From Vicugna vicugna (Eukaryota): a stretch of 64,000 bases of DNA. The stretch is from the NCBI GenBank assembly GCA_013265495.1, contig MU060645.1:992001-1056000 (forward strand). Reading direction: 5' to 3'. Every line of letters starts with the position of its first letter. The first letter of the stretch is position 1. Positions 49,721-63,079 of the stretch are shown here, in pieces. The translations under genes and the position numbers were made by a program. Under the pieces are notes generated by a model. It saw nothing but the letters and a program-made list of their open reading frames with translations. It made no database searches and was not told the DNA's origin.

Positions 49721-50949
49721 TGCTAGAATATTCACTGAATGTCACTATCTAGTGGCACAGTTAAAAGAAGGGCAGTGTTTCATCATACGAAGAATAAATA
49801 GCTTCGAGTTCTCAAGTTGCAAAATGTTTTGTTAGATGAACAGTGACCTCCTGCATGCTAAGCCAAATAAGAAATTTATACTATTTTGGCTCTTTTCTTA
49901 GTCAGTTTTTGATAAATGGCAATGTCTTGACTCATTAACAGTCTTTTGCCACTGGATCAACATAGACAAGTTTGGATAAAGGACAAGTGTATTCAAGAAT
50001 AAAAAAAAAAATCCGACTACACATTGACCTTCAAAATGAAATAATAACTGATATCTAGAAAGTTTTAAATGCCACTAAAAAAAGAGTCAACACCTCTCTC
50101 TTCATGATGTATCAGCATTTTTGTACAAAAATTAAAGGCATGCACTGCTGTATTTTGGGTAATTAGTATCTCTAAACATGTTTTCTCTTTAATGCTTGCA
50201 AGCACAAGAAATGGTCGGAAGGGTATCCCTAGTAAAAATATTAGAGCTTGGAGTGGTTAGTAAATTTTTCCTTATGATTTTGTAAATCAATTCACTTTAT
50301 TGCTACTTTACATCTGAATCTCAATTGTGAATCAATTCACCTTACAGATGTAATGATAGTCTGAAAATCTTCCCTTTCAAAGAAAAACAGAAAGCATGGA
50401 GTTTTTTTAGACAATCATATTAACACTAAACCTTGACTATTAAAAAATCCTACATTATTTCTTCATATAAAGTTAATTTACATTAATTATAGAAAAGTTA
50501 GAATGATGAAAGAGAAGATTAATTCTACAACCCAGAAATAAAATTTTAATAAAGATATACATCCTTTCAGTCATTATCTTGTAATTTTCCTTAAGCATAC
50601 AAACATAAAATCATGAGTATATGCATTTATGCCTGTTATTAAATATAATTGATTAGGTAGTCAATTAGTTACACATATCTAAAACGTTCATATAAAAAGA
50701 TTCTATATGAAAATAAAATATATTCTTCTAAATTTTTGTAAACAACCTTAAGCAGTACAGCAGAAAAGGTCCCCATAAGCAGTAGTTTTGAATTGCAAAT
50801 GAGACGAAGAATGTGGAACAGATTCAATTGTCTCTCTCCAGTACTGAGTGCCAAATATAAAACTAAACATTATTGTTCATTTCTTGAATCTGTGTTCTGC
50901 CAAATAAAAATGAAGAGTTAACCACTGATGGATGGCATTTAAAATTTTC

Positions 50950-51460
50950 CCCAGCCATTCAGTTATTCAATGTACTCATGAAGAAGTTATTTCTTAACTA
51001 ATACTGTGCTAGGAACTGAGAAAACAAAGATGAATAAGATAGTTCCCACCCTTCAAGAACTAACAGTTGAACGAGGGAGATAGCGAAGTGAGCAGGAAAT
51101 TTTAACACAGTGTGATAAGTGCCATGAGAGCCCTAAGTAGAAGAGAGCTGCTAAACCATCAATGAAAGGGGAATCAGCAGGGAAACCCTCCAAGAAAGGG
51201 AAATATTAATTTTAGTCCTGAAGGACTAGTTAGTTTTAACTAGGCAAAACACAAAAGATGCTTGGGGAAGAGGAAGGGTGCAATAGGAATAAGAAATCTA
51301 AACCAAGAGAGAATCTCTTGGTTCTTCACTGCTCAAGTGAGTTAGTTAAGTGGTAAAGCAAACTGGGAGGAGGGAAGTTGAAAGAATTGAGACCAAAAAG
51401 TTAGGCAGGGGCCTTATGTGTCAGGCCATGGGTTTGAGCCATGATCAAAGGGCAATCAGG
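50950..51460 (-). mobile_element. L2
   Basis: cattcagttattcaatgtactc...tgtgctaggaactgagaaaacaaagatgaataagatagttcccacccttcaagaactaacagtt. Confidence 0.85.
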
Positions 51461-51647
51461 TAATGTTGTGTTCTGAGGGCATCTCATCCATGAGCACACA
51501 GTGTTCATCTGCCTTCCTTAATGATGGTACTTTTGACCACCCCCATTCAAGGTGTTGTTCAATGTCTCCAATGTATATTTACTGTAATAGTTATTATCTT
51601 TCCTTTACAACTACAAATAGTCTGTACAGGAATTATTTAAGACCACA

Positions 51648-51846
51648 TGTTATGGACTAAGTGTTTGTGCCCCTCAAATTCCCATGCTGAATCTTCAATA
51701 TGATGTATTAGGAAGTGAGGCCTTTGGGAGGTAATTAGATTTAGGGAAGGTCAGGAGGGCGGGGCCCTCATGATGGAATCAGTGCCCAAAGAAGAGACCA
51801 GAGAGCTGGCTCCTTCTTTTTCCCCTGCCATCTTCAAGATAGGAAG
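51648..51846 (+). mobile_element. MLT1A0-like LTR, 5' half (runs into gap)
   Basis: tgttatggactaagtgtttgtgcccctcaaattccc...gatgtattaggaagtgaggcctttgggaggtaattag. Confidence 0.9.
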
Positions 51847-51988
51847 NNNNNNNNNNNNNNNNNNNNNNNNNNNNNNNNNNNNNNNNNNNNNNNNNNNNNN
51901 NNNNNNNNNNNNNNNNNNNNNNNNNNNNNNNNNNNNNNNNNNNNNNNNNNNNNNNNNNNNNNNNNNNNNNNNNNNNNNNNNNNNNNNN
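51847..51988. other. assembly gap (142 N)
   Basis: N run inside an LTR. Confidence 0.98.
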
Positions 51989-52069
51989 AAACAAGCTGCT
52001 CATGAAAACTTGATGATTCTTGATTGAAATAATCTTTGTGGAGGTTGACTTATGAATTCCAATTTGGGC

Positions 52070-52285
52070 AAGTTAACTTTAAGGAGCCTATGGGATCTCC
52101 AAGTGGAGACGTAATGTAGAGTTGTCAGATTGGACTGACACCCAAAAGATAGATCAGCATTGGCAATTTATTTTGAAAGTCCACAGAGATTGGTGTACAG
52201 TGAGGCAAAGAGCAGTGATACTGTATATTTGGGCATATTAGCATTAAAAAGATAGACAAGGGGAAAGATAAAAGAGGTATTTGCT
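52070..52285 (-). mobile_element. L2 fragment
   Basis: atctccaagtggagacgtaatgtagagttgtcagattgg...tttgggcatattagcattaaaaagatag. Confidence 0.6.
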
Positions 52286-52286
52286 A

Positions 52287-52460
52287 GAGCAGTGTATCTC
52301 CAAGTGTGGATCCTGGACTAGCAGTACTGGCCTCACCTGAGTACTTCAAAGACCCCATCTCACACCTACTGAATCCGAAAAGCTAGGGTGGTGCCCAGCA
52401 CTGTGTGTTTTGACAAGCCATCCAGGTGATTCTTAAGTCCCTAGAGGCTGAAGGCCACTG
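52287..52460. mobile_element. MER5A
   Basis: agcagtgtatctccaagtgtggatcctggactagcag...cacctactgaatccgaaa...tttgacaagccatccaggtgattct. Confidence 0.85.
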
Positions 52461-53629
52461 AACTGTACAATGTGTGTAAAAGGATTTTGCCTGTATCTAC
52501 TAACTTTAGATGATGTTAATGATGAAGAAGAAGAAAGAAAAGGAGGAGGAAAACAAAACTGCCACTTCCACCACCAAACTGTGGGATAATAAACCTGACT
52601 TCCAAGTTACTTTAAAAACATTGGTTTTAAAAAGCAACATCAGCTTATGAAATGAGGCATTTGAGTTATCCACATATTATACTGTATAGTTCAACAGGTG
52701 TTTGCATTACATGTCACAGATTAAGCTGATCTTGAGGAACCACAGATAGTAATTATACACTGCTATGCATGACCAAAGGTACAACTTAACCACTGTTCTT
52801 CATCCTTTAAAGAACCATTATCCCGAATTACAACTTGCTAGATATTTGTAATTTGCCTATTTCATGTGAGAAATGAATTATTCAGAGGCTCACACTATAG
52901 CTGAGGTACTATAAAAATATAAATTTACTACCCAATAGATACAAGTGATCACTTACTAATTATATTTTCAAAATGTCTCTAATTTAAATTCACGGGTGAT
53001 TGATGTAGTAAGACAAGCAGGAAGCACAGGAGATAATTTAATCAACAAATGACCCTGTGAAAAGTGGTGAGGGTAGAAGTTTCATTTAATTTTATGTCAC
53101 TTTTTCATCTCTAAATTGTTAATTTAGGTTCTGTTCATAGGTGGACATTCAATTTGTTACTTGCATTCATTACCAAATAACTAACCACACTAAAAGGTCT
53201 TTTAAGGACTATGAACCATGTTTCACTATCTTCTTATCTTTTCATTTTGCTCTGAGTTCTTGACCAGCTATGAAATTTAGCTTTTCCTGCATAGTTTAAT
53301 ACGTGAAAGTGTAACTCCCAAGATACCTTATGAAACTCTAATTATATTTAATGATACATGTTATTGAGAATAAAATTTTTAAATGGGAAAAATTAATCAC
53401 AGACTTTGTGAAAATGTTTTAAAATTACGAAACCCAAGAGTAGTTATAATCAAACTTTTAATCACCTCTAGAAATCATCTCTCTGCAAAAACATATTTTC
53501 AACTAAAATGGGCACTCCACTCGCAAAGCCATATGTAGAAAAAAACTGAATCTGAAACCATTCCATTTGCTCTTTACAGTCTGTGTCCATGTTATAATAC
53601 TGTAAAATTAGCTGTTCCTAGAAGCAGCC

Positions 53630-53830
53630 ACTCTAACAACAAACTGACCATTTAATATATGCCAGGCACTCCGTTAAGTCAATTAAATGTAGTACCTTTA
53701 ATTCTTCCACTAATACCAAGGTGTAGGTAGAATTATCCATACTGTACAGATGGCATACTTGAGTACTAAAAGGTTAAGTTGTGACTTGCCAAATCTAAAC
53801 CCTCAACCACCTTGCTCTGTGTACCTTACT
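53630..53830 (-). mobile_element. MIR
   Basis: ccatttaatatatgccaggcactccgttaag...aattcttccactaataccaaggtgtaggtagaattatccatactgtacagatgg. Confidence 0.75.
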
Positions 53831-55689
53831 TAACTCATTTCTGACCTTTCTTTTTTTTAATATTCTAGAAATTTATTTAAAAGGAAGCCCATATACATTT
53901 CTGAAAGGTCTCTCCTCGTAGGTACCTCTTTGCTTGATCTAATCTGTCTCCCCTTCCATTCCTTACTAAGCGATACACAGCATAACGATGGCAGTCAGAA
54001 CAAAAGTCCAAGTCTCTGAACTGTTAGTGTTCTGTTCTGCAGAGTAAGATGACCATGCACTGCATAGCCCAAATCTGATCCCAAGTAACAAATGGTGATG
54101 CAGAGAGACTTCCTGAATCTATTCACACATATTTCTCATACACATTCATCCTAAGGTGTTACTAAATTCTTTCAAAATGCAGTGTACCTTACACGATATT
54201 CGGCATAAAGAATACCTTTATCATCTACAGTTTCCAGGGGAATGTGTAATATAATAATGATAAACACAATAAGCAATCCATTTTAAGATGTATGTTAAGC
54301 AGGCCATGACTCTTTCTGAGGAAAGAAAAGGCTTTAAAAGTCAATTTTGAAAGTCATTTACTTAGGACAGCCTTTGTGCTTATGCCATATGATGCTTTTA
54401 ACAACTGAAACTTACAAACCTTGAAATTCTACCAATTAACTGCAGATTTTGGTAGGGGGTGGATTTAATTATCATTGTTAGAACAGCAGTCTGACTAATT
54501 TGACTTATGATTCTCAGAAATGGCGCAGAGGGGCATTTTACAAAAATACGCTACTCAACCCAAGCTGCTTTAAAAATAAGGCTGGTTTAAGAAGGCAAGG
54601 GGATGCTAGGGGAATTGATGTTGGAAAAGGTAAAATGCATCAAGAATAAACTTGGTCACTTTTAGAGGAGCATTAGAATCTCATCTTTCTCTGTTGTCTC
54701 TATTTCCAACCTTATCTACTAATATTTAGTTTGTATATATAATACCAGTCATTGACTAATTTTTTTCCTTCTAAAAGTGCTCAGTGTTGAGATAGGTTTT
54801 GGAGATACACTAATATACAGCACACTATTTCCATCTCAATGTACCTTTTGTGAGCAATTTATCCTTAAGGCTTAATTATCACTCAGTACCAAACTCATTA
54901 CCCTAAATACCTGTCTATTTAATTTTACAGTGAGTTCAATTTTGTCATTACTTCCTTATTCTTTTATAGGCCTTGTCCTTTTTTTATGGAAATGATCCGT
55001 TTTTCCCCCAGGAAAGAAAGGTGACATGTGGCTTGTCAATTACATTGACATTCCAGTTTCAATTATTCATTTTGTTAAGACTCACAAGTTCAAGTGCCAA
55101 TTCATGGGTCAACCTACAAAACCCTTCCTAGAACTTTTTGTCATTTTACCAATCCTTCTCAACAAGTCTTGTTGGATTTAGATTATGTGGGTTGGATAAA
55201 GAGCCTGTTTTGTGGCTACAGAGTGATTAGAATAAGTTATCTTTCACATGCTCTAAAAATAATAAATATTCATCATTTATTACCTGCTAAATCTTTTCTA
55301 TGAAATTTACTTTTTCATAGGGGAATTCTAATATAACAAATTATTTCCTACAATCTATGAGAAAAATATTATTAGTGACAAAGAATTTTCTGAGTATTAT
55401 AGGCTGGAGGGCAGGATCTAACATGCAGAGCCCCAGAATCTTTAACATCTCTCTCATTTTTGATTAGTGGACACATTTGTAAATATTCTTTGGGTCAGTT
55501 CTCTTCCACTACTTTGAGTGAAGAATATAATTCAGTACAAATTTCTGAAATGCTAATTTTAGTATTTTAATATTTCACCATATTTGAATTATATTTTTAT
55601 TTGTCTAGTTTTATCATTAACTTGTAAATTGAAATCCCATCCCCCAAAACAATGGAGGGGGGAAATAGCGCAGTAATTAGGAAACAAAT

Positions 55690-55990
55690 ATTATGCAAGC
55701 TAGAAATGTGAGCCATGCATAGTTTTTAATTGTTCCCATAGTCACAAATAGGGAAAGAAACAGCTGAAATTAATTTTAATAATATATGCATGTAATATAA
55801 TATATCCAAAAGACTATCATTTCAACATGTGATCAATATTAAAATACAGTATTTTACTTCTTTTTCATATTAAGTCTTTGAAATTCAGTGTATGTCTCAC
55901 ACTTACAGCATGTCTCAGTTCAGACTAGCCAATTTCAAATGTTCAACAGACACATGGGGTCAGTGGCCACTACACTAAACAGTGCAGCTC
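55690..55990 (+). mobile_element. MER33 (hAT-Charlie)
   Basis: gaaacagctgaaattaattttaataatatat...tatcatttcaacatgtgatcaat...cacacttacagcatgtctcagttcagactagcc. Confidence 0.9.
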
Positions 55991-57449
55991 TAAAATAAAT
56001 ACTTAATTTAAAAATGCATGAGTATTATCACTTAAAAAAACACTGCATTTTTTTCTTCTTTGCTTGATATAATTGTTCTTCATTTGCATATTATAAGTAA
56101 AAATAAAGCCATAAAGACATAGTCAATAGTAATGAGATAGCCCACGATTTTAAAATCACATCATTCCACATTGCCCACAGTTTACCACGGAGTATGTCAT
56201 AATGACATTTTTTACAGAGAAGTCTTAATCATGTTCTACAGTTGAATGTTTTCATATGTATCATCTGAATTTTCGTTATCCCATTTGATTTTAATCTGTT
56301 TACAAAGTTTTCCTATAAACTAGTTAAAATTTTTCAAGGCTCTTTCTTTTCTTTTCATGATTCCTGAACATAAAATCACTCTAGAAATGTGCTTTTCTAT
56401 AACTGACATTATACATTTGCATTTATAAACCTGAAATGTGAAACTACACATACATTCCCAATCCTGCCTACTCCTCTATTTTACATTGCCCCTTCGAAAT
56501 TTCTAGTGCTTAGCCCAAGGGCATGGCTAGGCAGTAAGAAAAGAAAGCTCTTTCTGAGCATGTACTTCAGTGTAATGTCAGAGCTAGGATCCATTTACTT
56601 CAGAAATGTTTCCAAGCATCAAGTCAGAGTAATATCAAACACCAGGACGCTCTGCTAGTCTCTTGCACTGATTCTACTTCATGTTCACCTTAATCCTCAC
56701 ACAGTTTAGAATTTCCACTGTTATTAACTGCTACTTTTTTCCTAATTTTTTTTTCATTACTAACTTTAAAGTCATAGGTTATTACCAAATTTTGGACAAT
56801 GAATACCACAAAATGCTTTCTTAGGAATCGTAGGCAACAGAAATATACAATGGTTTCCTTTTCATCTCACAATGGAGTATGGAAAAGCACCCTATGTATA
56901 GCCAAGCAAGAGACAGCTTCAAGGCAAAACGTATTTTAAACCAAGTAAGCCAAATTTTTAAGAGTATTTATTGTGAAATATTCATGGCAATCAACTGTTA
57001 CAACTAGAAGATAATATTTCATCTAACCTCTTAATACAGGTTCACAACATAAGTGATATATATTGCTTTTTAATTAGAAATGGAGATTTTATTATACTGA
57101 CAAAGACAATATAAAGATGTTAAATAACTCTGACTTATAAGAGTTTAAATAATGAAGGTCCACTTCTCAGTGAGTCATATTTCTAATAAAATTTAAAGAA
57201 AAAATATCTTCCTACTACAGGATGAATACTTCCTGCTGATTGAATAAGACCTTTGCAGAGAATTACTGTATAGAAATATGGAGATATGTTACTTCAGTTA
57301 AATAAGTAGTAACCCACCTTTTCAGACATGTTTTTTAATGTTTATATAACTAATTTGACAAGCTATTTAAAAATATTTAATACCACCTAGCCTGGCAAAT
57401 ATCAAGTGCTCTAGAAATCAGATTTTAAATTGGAAGTAACTGAATGGAT

Positions 57450-57745
57450 ATGGTAGGCAGAACACCACCATCCAAAGACGTTCGTGTCCTAATCCTGGGA
57501 ACCTGTGAACATGCAATTTTACATAGTAAAAGGGACTTTGCAAATGTGATTAAGGTTAAGGATTTGAGATAGGGTGATTATCCTGGATTGGGGGGTTGGT
57601 TCAACCTAATAACATGAGTCTGTAAACCGGAGACCCTTTCCTACCTAGGATGAGAGGGACATGTAGTTATAGAAAGAAGAGTCAGAGACATGAGACTTTA
57701 CTGGATTTGAAGATGGCAGAGGGGGCCAAAAGCTAAGAATTATTC
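57450..57745 (+). mobile_element. MLT1D/E-like LTR, 5' part
   Basis: tggtaggcagaacaccacc...gtcctaatcctgggaacctgtgaacatg...aaaagggactttgcaaatgtgattaaggttaagg. Confidence 0.85.
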
Positions 57746-57959
57746 CTCATAACCTATTTTGTTACCCTAAGATACTGTTTGAACTGCAAGGAAATAATTA
57801 ATACTTTAATTCTGATCTTCACTTATCAGTGTAAAGAATAATAATTTGATTCTCTTATATTCTCCAAAAACTTCCAAAGTCTTTTAAGTGTCCTTAGGAA
57901 TTTATGGTATTAAACATATTTTATGTATTTAATTTCACTAAATATATCAATCTTTTTTT

Positions 57960-58165
57960 ATTTCCAACTATTTCTGCAATTGGCTGTTGTAAACCCCTTC
58001 AGTGTAGCTCCTTAATTTTTGTCAATAAATCCAATAGTGTTTCAGAGCTTTCCTGCTTTCTGTTATGGCCGTATGTCCTAGGTTTATCTTGACTATTCCC
58101 TGCTCTAGACCTGGAATCAGCCATTCTTCCAAATAGATCTGGAATCTTCTTAGTAGTAAATGCTT
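57960..58165 (-). mobile_element. L1MC-type 3' end fragment
   Basis: ttccctgctctagacctggaatcagccattcttccaaatagatctgg. Confidence 0.7.
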
Positions 58166-59481
58166 TGGTGGTTGTATCTAAAACAATACTGACATCACTA
58201 GGTCATCTAGGTTTTCTCCTATTTTATGCACTAAGAGTTTTATAGTTTTGCTTTTTGCATAAGTCTATGGTACACTTTGAGTTAATTTATGGGCAGTGTA
58301 TAAAGTATTTGTTTAGACTCACTTTTTTGGCATGTGGATGTCAAGTTCCAGCACCATCTGTTGAAAAGATTACCTTTGCCCCACTGTATTTACTTTGCTC
58401 CTTTGTCAAAGATCAGCTGGCTATGCTAATGTGGGTCCATTTCTGGGCTCTCTATTCTATTCCACTGATCAATTTCTCTATTCTTTCTCTAATACCACAC
58501 TGTCTTGATTGCTGTAGCTTTATAGTAAGCCTTGTAGTCAGGCAGTGTCAGTCTTCTGACTTTGTTCTTCCCCCATCCATACTGAGTTAAATATTCTGGA
58601 TCACATGCCTCTCCATATAAACTTTAGAGTAAGTTTGTTGATATTCACAAAATAACTCACTGAAATTTTTATTGGAATTGCATTGAATATGTAGATCAAG
58701 TTGCAAAGAACTGAAATATTGACAATATTGGGTCTTCCTATTTATAAACATGGATTTATGTAGGTGTTCTTCAATATTAATTTTGTATTTCCTCATCTAG
58801 ATCTTGTATATATATATTTTTAATTTATACACAAGTATCTCATTTTGAGGATGCTAATTTAAATAACATATTTTTAATTTCAAATTCAACTAGTTAATTG
58901 TTGGTATATAGGAAAGGAAGCTACTTTTGTATATTAACCTTGCATCCTGCAACCTTCCTGTAATCACCTATTAGTTTCAGGAGTTTATATTGTTGAGTCT
59001 TTCAGTTTTTCTACATAGANNNNNNNNNNNNNNNNNNNNNNNNNNNNNNNNNNNNNNNNNNNNNNNNNNNNNNNNNNNNNNNNNNNNNNNNNNNNNNNNN
59101 NNNNNNNNNNNNNNNNNNNNNNNNNNNNNNNNNNNNNNNNNNNNNNNNNNNNNNNNNNNNNNNNNNNNNNNNNNNNNNNNNNNNNNNNNNNNNNNNNNNN
59201 NNNNNNNNNNNNNNNNNNNNNNNNNNNNNNNNNNNNNNNNNNNNNNNNNNNNNNNNNNNNNNNNNNNNNNNNNNNNNNNNNNNNNNNNGAATGGGTGTTA
59301 AGATTTCTATCAAATGAATTTTCTGCATCTATTAATATCATCATGTGATATCTTCTTCATTAACCTGTTGATGTGATGAATTATATTAATGGTTTTTTTA
59401 GAAGTTGAACTAGGCTTGCATACCTGGGATAAATGCCACTTGGAGACAGGGTATTATTTTTTATAACATTGCTGGATTGAA
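58166..59481 (-). mobile_element. L1M ORF2 fragment (degenerate; contains gap 59020-59288)
   Basis: antisense ORF2: ttgagttaattt...tagctttatagtaagccttg...ggaattgcattgaatatgtagatcaagttg...atcaaatgaattttctgcatctatt. Confidence 0.9.
59020..59288. other. assembly gap (269 N)
   Basis: N run inside L1. Confidence 0.98.
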
Positions 59482-59630
59482 NNNNNNNNNNNNNNNNNNN
59501 NNNNNNNNNNNNNNNNNNNNNNNNNNNNNNNNNNNNNNNNNNNNNNNNNNNNNNNNNNNNNNNNNNNNNNNNNNNNNNNNNNNNNNNNNNNNNNNNNNNN
59601 NNNNNNNNNNNNNNNNNNNNNNNNNNNNNN
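59482..59630. other. assembly gap (149 N)
   Basis: N run inside L1. Confidence 0.98.
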
Positions 59631-61116
59631 CAGTTTTTTTGGAAAAGTTTCTGAGGAGAAGTTGGATTCACTCTTCTGTTCGCTCCTCAACAGGTAAGAT
59701 GTCTTTCCCCCCAGTTTCTTTCATGATTTTTATTCATCCTCAACTGTCTGAAGTTTGAATGTGATAAAACTAGGTATAACTTTGTTAGCATTTATCCTGC
59801 TTGTTGATTTTTGAACTTCTTCATCTTGGTTTGGTGTCTGACATTAATTTAAGGAGGATTCTTAGTCATTATTGTGTCAAATTATCCTTTCTCCTTTTTT
59901 TCTTCTTCTGGCTATTCCCATTACAGGTATGCTACACACTTCACAGTTATACACAGTTCTTGGATATTTTGTTTTATCCCCAGTCTTTTTTCTCTTCACT
60001 TTTCAGTTTTAAAAGTTTCTTCTGTCATACTCTCAAGCCTCAAACTCAAAGATTCCTTTCTTACCTGTGTTCAGTCTACTGATGATGAGTCCATCAAAGG
60101 CATTCTTCATTTCTGTTAGTGTTCTTGAACTCTAATATTTTTGTTTTGATTCTTTATTAGAATTACCATTCTCTCTTCTTACATTACCCATCCCATCTGT
60201 TCTTGCTTGGTATTTTACTTTTCCATTAAAGACATTGGCATATTAATCATAGTTGTTTTTTTTTTAATTCCTGGCCCGATAATTCCCACATTCCTGCCAT
60301 TTCTGTCTCTAGTTTTGATGCTTGTTCAGTCTCCTCAAACTGTGTAATTTACCTTTTGGTAAGCCTTGTACTTTTTCATTGAAACTTGAACATGATACAA
60401 TGAATGAAAGGAACTGTGGTAAACAGGCTGTCATGAAAGATAACTATTCTACAGTCTTATAGGTCTCAGTCTTTTAGTGAGTCCCTTCACTGTGAACCTC
60501 ACCAGTGCACCTTAGTTTTACCTCTCCACCCCACTTTAGGTGGAAGCAGATGGCCAGAAGGGGCTGGAGTTTGGTACTTCCTTTTCTCCAGAAAGACTGA
60601 GATAATATCTCAGCAGGTTAGGATCCTAAGGGCAGGGCTTATTAAGAATAACAAAATGCTCTGGAATCTTTCAAAATGGTTAGTTTTCCCTTTCCTCTGC
60701 CAGAAGCACAGGGGGATTTTTCCCTAATATTCACTGTGAGGATCTGGTAATGTTCCTGCAGGTAAAATTCACATAAGCTTGGGAGCCTCCAAGATTGAGC
60801 TCTGCTGGAATTAACTCTCAGGTTAGTACATAATGAGTCTCCAGCAATCTGTTAATTGCAGTTTAGGTTTTTCTACCCCAGCACTAGATCCAGTGAAGGT
60901 TTCTGCTCCTGAGTTTCTACTCTGATAAACTGTTTTTCTCTATATCTGCCTATTTGCCTAACTTTGGAAGCAGCATTTCACTCTGTGACTTTACTTCTCT
61001 GACGTTTCTACGATGAGTTGTGGTTTTTTCCCCCAATTTATTCCTCTTTTTACTTATTGTCAGGACTGAGAGGTGACTTCTAAGCTCCTTATTTGACATT
61101 CACGAAACCGGAAGTC
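59631..61116 (-). mobile_element. ancient L1M 5' end (5'UTR and start of the ORF1 region)
   Basis: matches the recalled L1M 5' consensus: cctctgccagaagcacagggggatttttccctaatattcactgtgagg...gtgacttctaagctcctta...gaaaccggaagtc. Confidence 0.75.
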
Positions 61117-61979
61117 CACCTACCTGTTGGCTAAGTCTCTCTGTCTCTTTTTAGTGTACCTATAAAATGATCTTTTAATTTTGAAGAACTGTAGTCCATA
61201 AATGACCTTGACAAGAAGATGGTTCCCACCTTTGGATGCTTGTAGGATATAGAATAAAATAACTGTACACATAATCTCTGTCTGCTGTTCTTTTATTATT
61301 TAAGTATTTTAAAGATATATTTATTCATCTTATATATATGTGTACATATATGTACGTTTACTGTACTTAAGACATATTTAATGTATTTACCTATATTACA
61401 AGATTTTTTTTTAAAACGGTCCCAAGGACTCAGATTTGAGTTGTTTCTTATAAAAAATATTTTCTTACTTTTGGATTAACACATATACTCTTACTATCTA
61501 AACATAACGCTTAATGACTCTTGATCTATATATTTTAAATAATCCATTATGAACTAATTATAAAATATCACTTCATACATGCTAGGATATCATATACATG
61601 TGCATAATCAAAGCTGCCAGTGCTTATTATATTCTGTTGAAGCCTAGTTCAATATCTGTAAAAATTTATAGTTTTCCTCAAAACTAATCCATTTTTTTAA
61701 AAATGTAGAGATTCCACATAAAACATAACCTCTCAAATACTGCTGTCACCTGGGCATAAGAAGTATATTATTCCAAACTATATACACTAGAGTTTAACTT
61801 CTTTTTATAGCTTAGCAATATATCATGATATACATTCTTCATTTACATGACTATTTTCTCATGATGAAACCATAGGAAAGGAAATTCATTGATTTTTTTT
61901 ATTCACAAATATAAAGGCTTAGAGATAGGAACTCTTCTCAAAACTCCTGCATCTCTGGATTTCAATTAATATAAAATCA

Positions 61980-62150
61980 CAATAGCATTTGTTGATTAGA
62001 AGGTGGGGTGAGAACGTGTAACTTAGAATTTCAGCTCAAGAATTTCCTGGCTTTGTAGTCACAAGCAAATTATTTGACTTTTCTATGCCTCTTTTTTCAT
62101 CCCCCTTTCTGTAAAACGGGAATAACAATCTTTCACATAAGATTATTTGA
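61980..62150 (+). mobile_element. MIR
   Basis: aagcaaattatttgacttttctatgcct...tttctgtaaaacgggaataacaatc. Confidence 0.75.
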
Positions 62151-62824
62151 GTGTTTTGTTGATATCTGAGTCTATCCCTTGTTTGTGAGAAAGCCGTTTA
62201 CATGTGTCTACAAATTTTTATCTCACTAGTGAAATCACTTTCAATAAATTCTGCAATGCTGAGATACAGAGAGAAATCCACCTGGACAAAACTGCTTTGG
62301 GGACTTTAAATGTCATCAGGTATAAGCATGTTTAAGTGAACAACAAATAACATTCATGTGGGACTGCATGGAGTGTTTGGTACTATGACTGAGGAAGATA
62401 TGTTTTGAAAGCTAAAGATAAAAAAGCTAGTAACATTTGTGATGAATTATAAAATGCTTTATTATGAACACCTCTTCTATGTACCCACATACACGTGTTT
62501 TCAAGTAAAAGTCTACCTTTTATCAAAATTCATTTCTCTTTGGCCTTTTAAATATTAAATGCCAACTGCTACTGATAGCGAGTTGTCTTTTCTTAAGTAA
62601 TGCTTTATCAGTGCTTGTTTTATTTTCCTACACATGCTGCACACTTAAAAACATGTAGAAAAAAAATCACAATACATCTGAAACTTAGGCTTTATCTGTG
62701 CAATTTCATGAAGCAATGTTTCATATAGATATTGTTCGAAATCTAAAATCACAGAATTTATCAATACAGTAACTTTCAATTGCTTATCTGTCCCTCCCTC
62801 TGGATCCTATTTTTCAAACTCTGA

Positions 62825-62900
62825 ACACTGAGTTTTTCAATCAAAAAATATTTGTTGAGTGCCTATTATGTACAGACCGTTTGCTCGTCATAGCGCTCAT
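62825..62900 (-). mobile_element. L2 3' tip
   Basis: ttcaatcaaaaaatatttgttgagtgcctattatgtacaga. Confidence 0.75.
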
Positions 62901-63079
62901 CTATTCTAGTTTAAATCAAAAGCATCTTCTCTCATCCTTGCTACAACCTTTCACCACTGAATTATTAAATCTTGTTTGCATTTCAATGTTCACTTGCACA
63001 AGATTCATTCTCATATCAAGTTCTTTCAGTTTGGCTTCCATCTCTTTTAATCGGAACTTATTCTTTGCAAAATTCATCA

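Noticed and set aside
50285-50353. Nested inverted repeat (ttacatctg...cagatgtaa around gtgaat-ca-attcac)
   Set aside because: Stems are only 9 and 6 bp with a 2-nt loop and are AT-rich; not a credible pre-miRNA or structured RNA.
58255-58796. 111-aa and 69-aa ORFs
   Set aside because: Antisense or off-frame readings of degenerate L1 ORF2.
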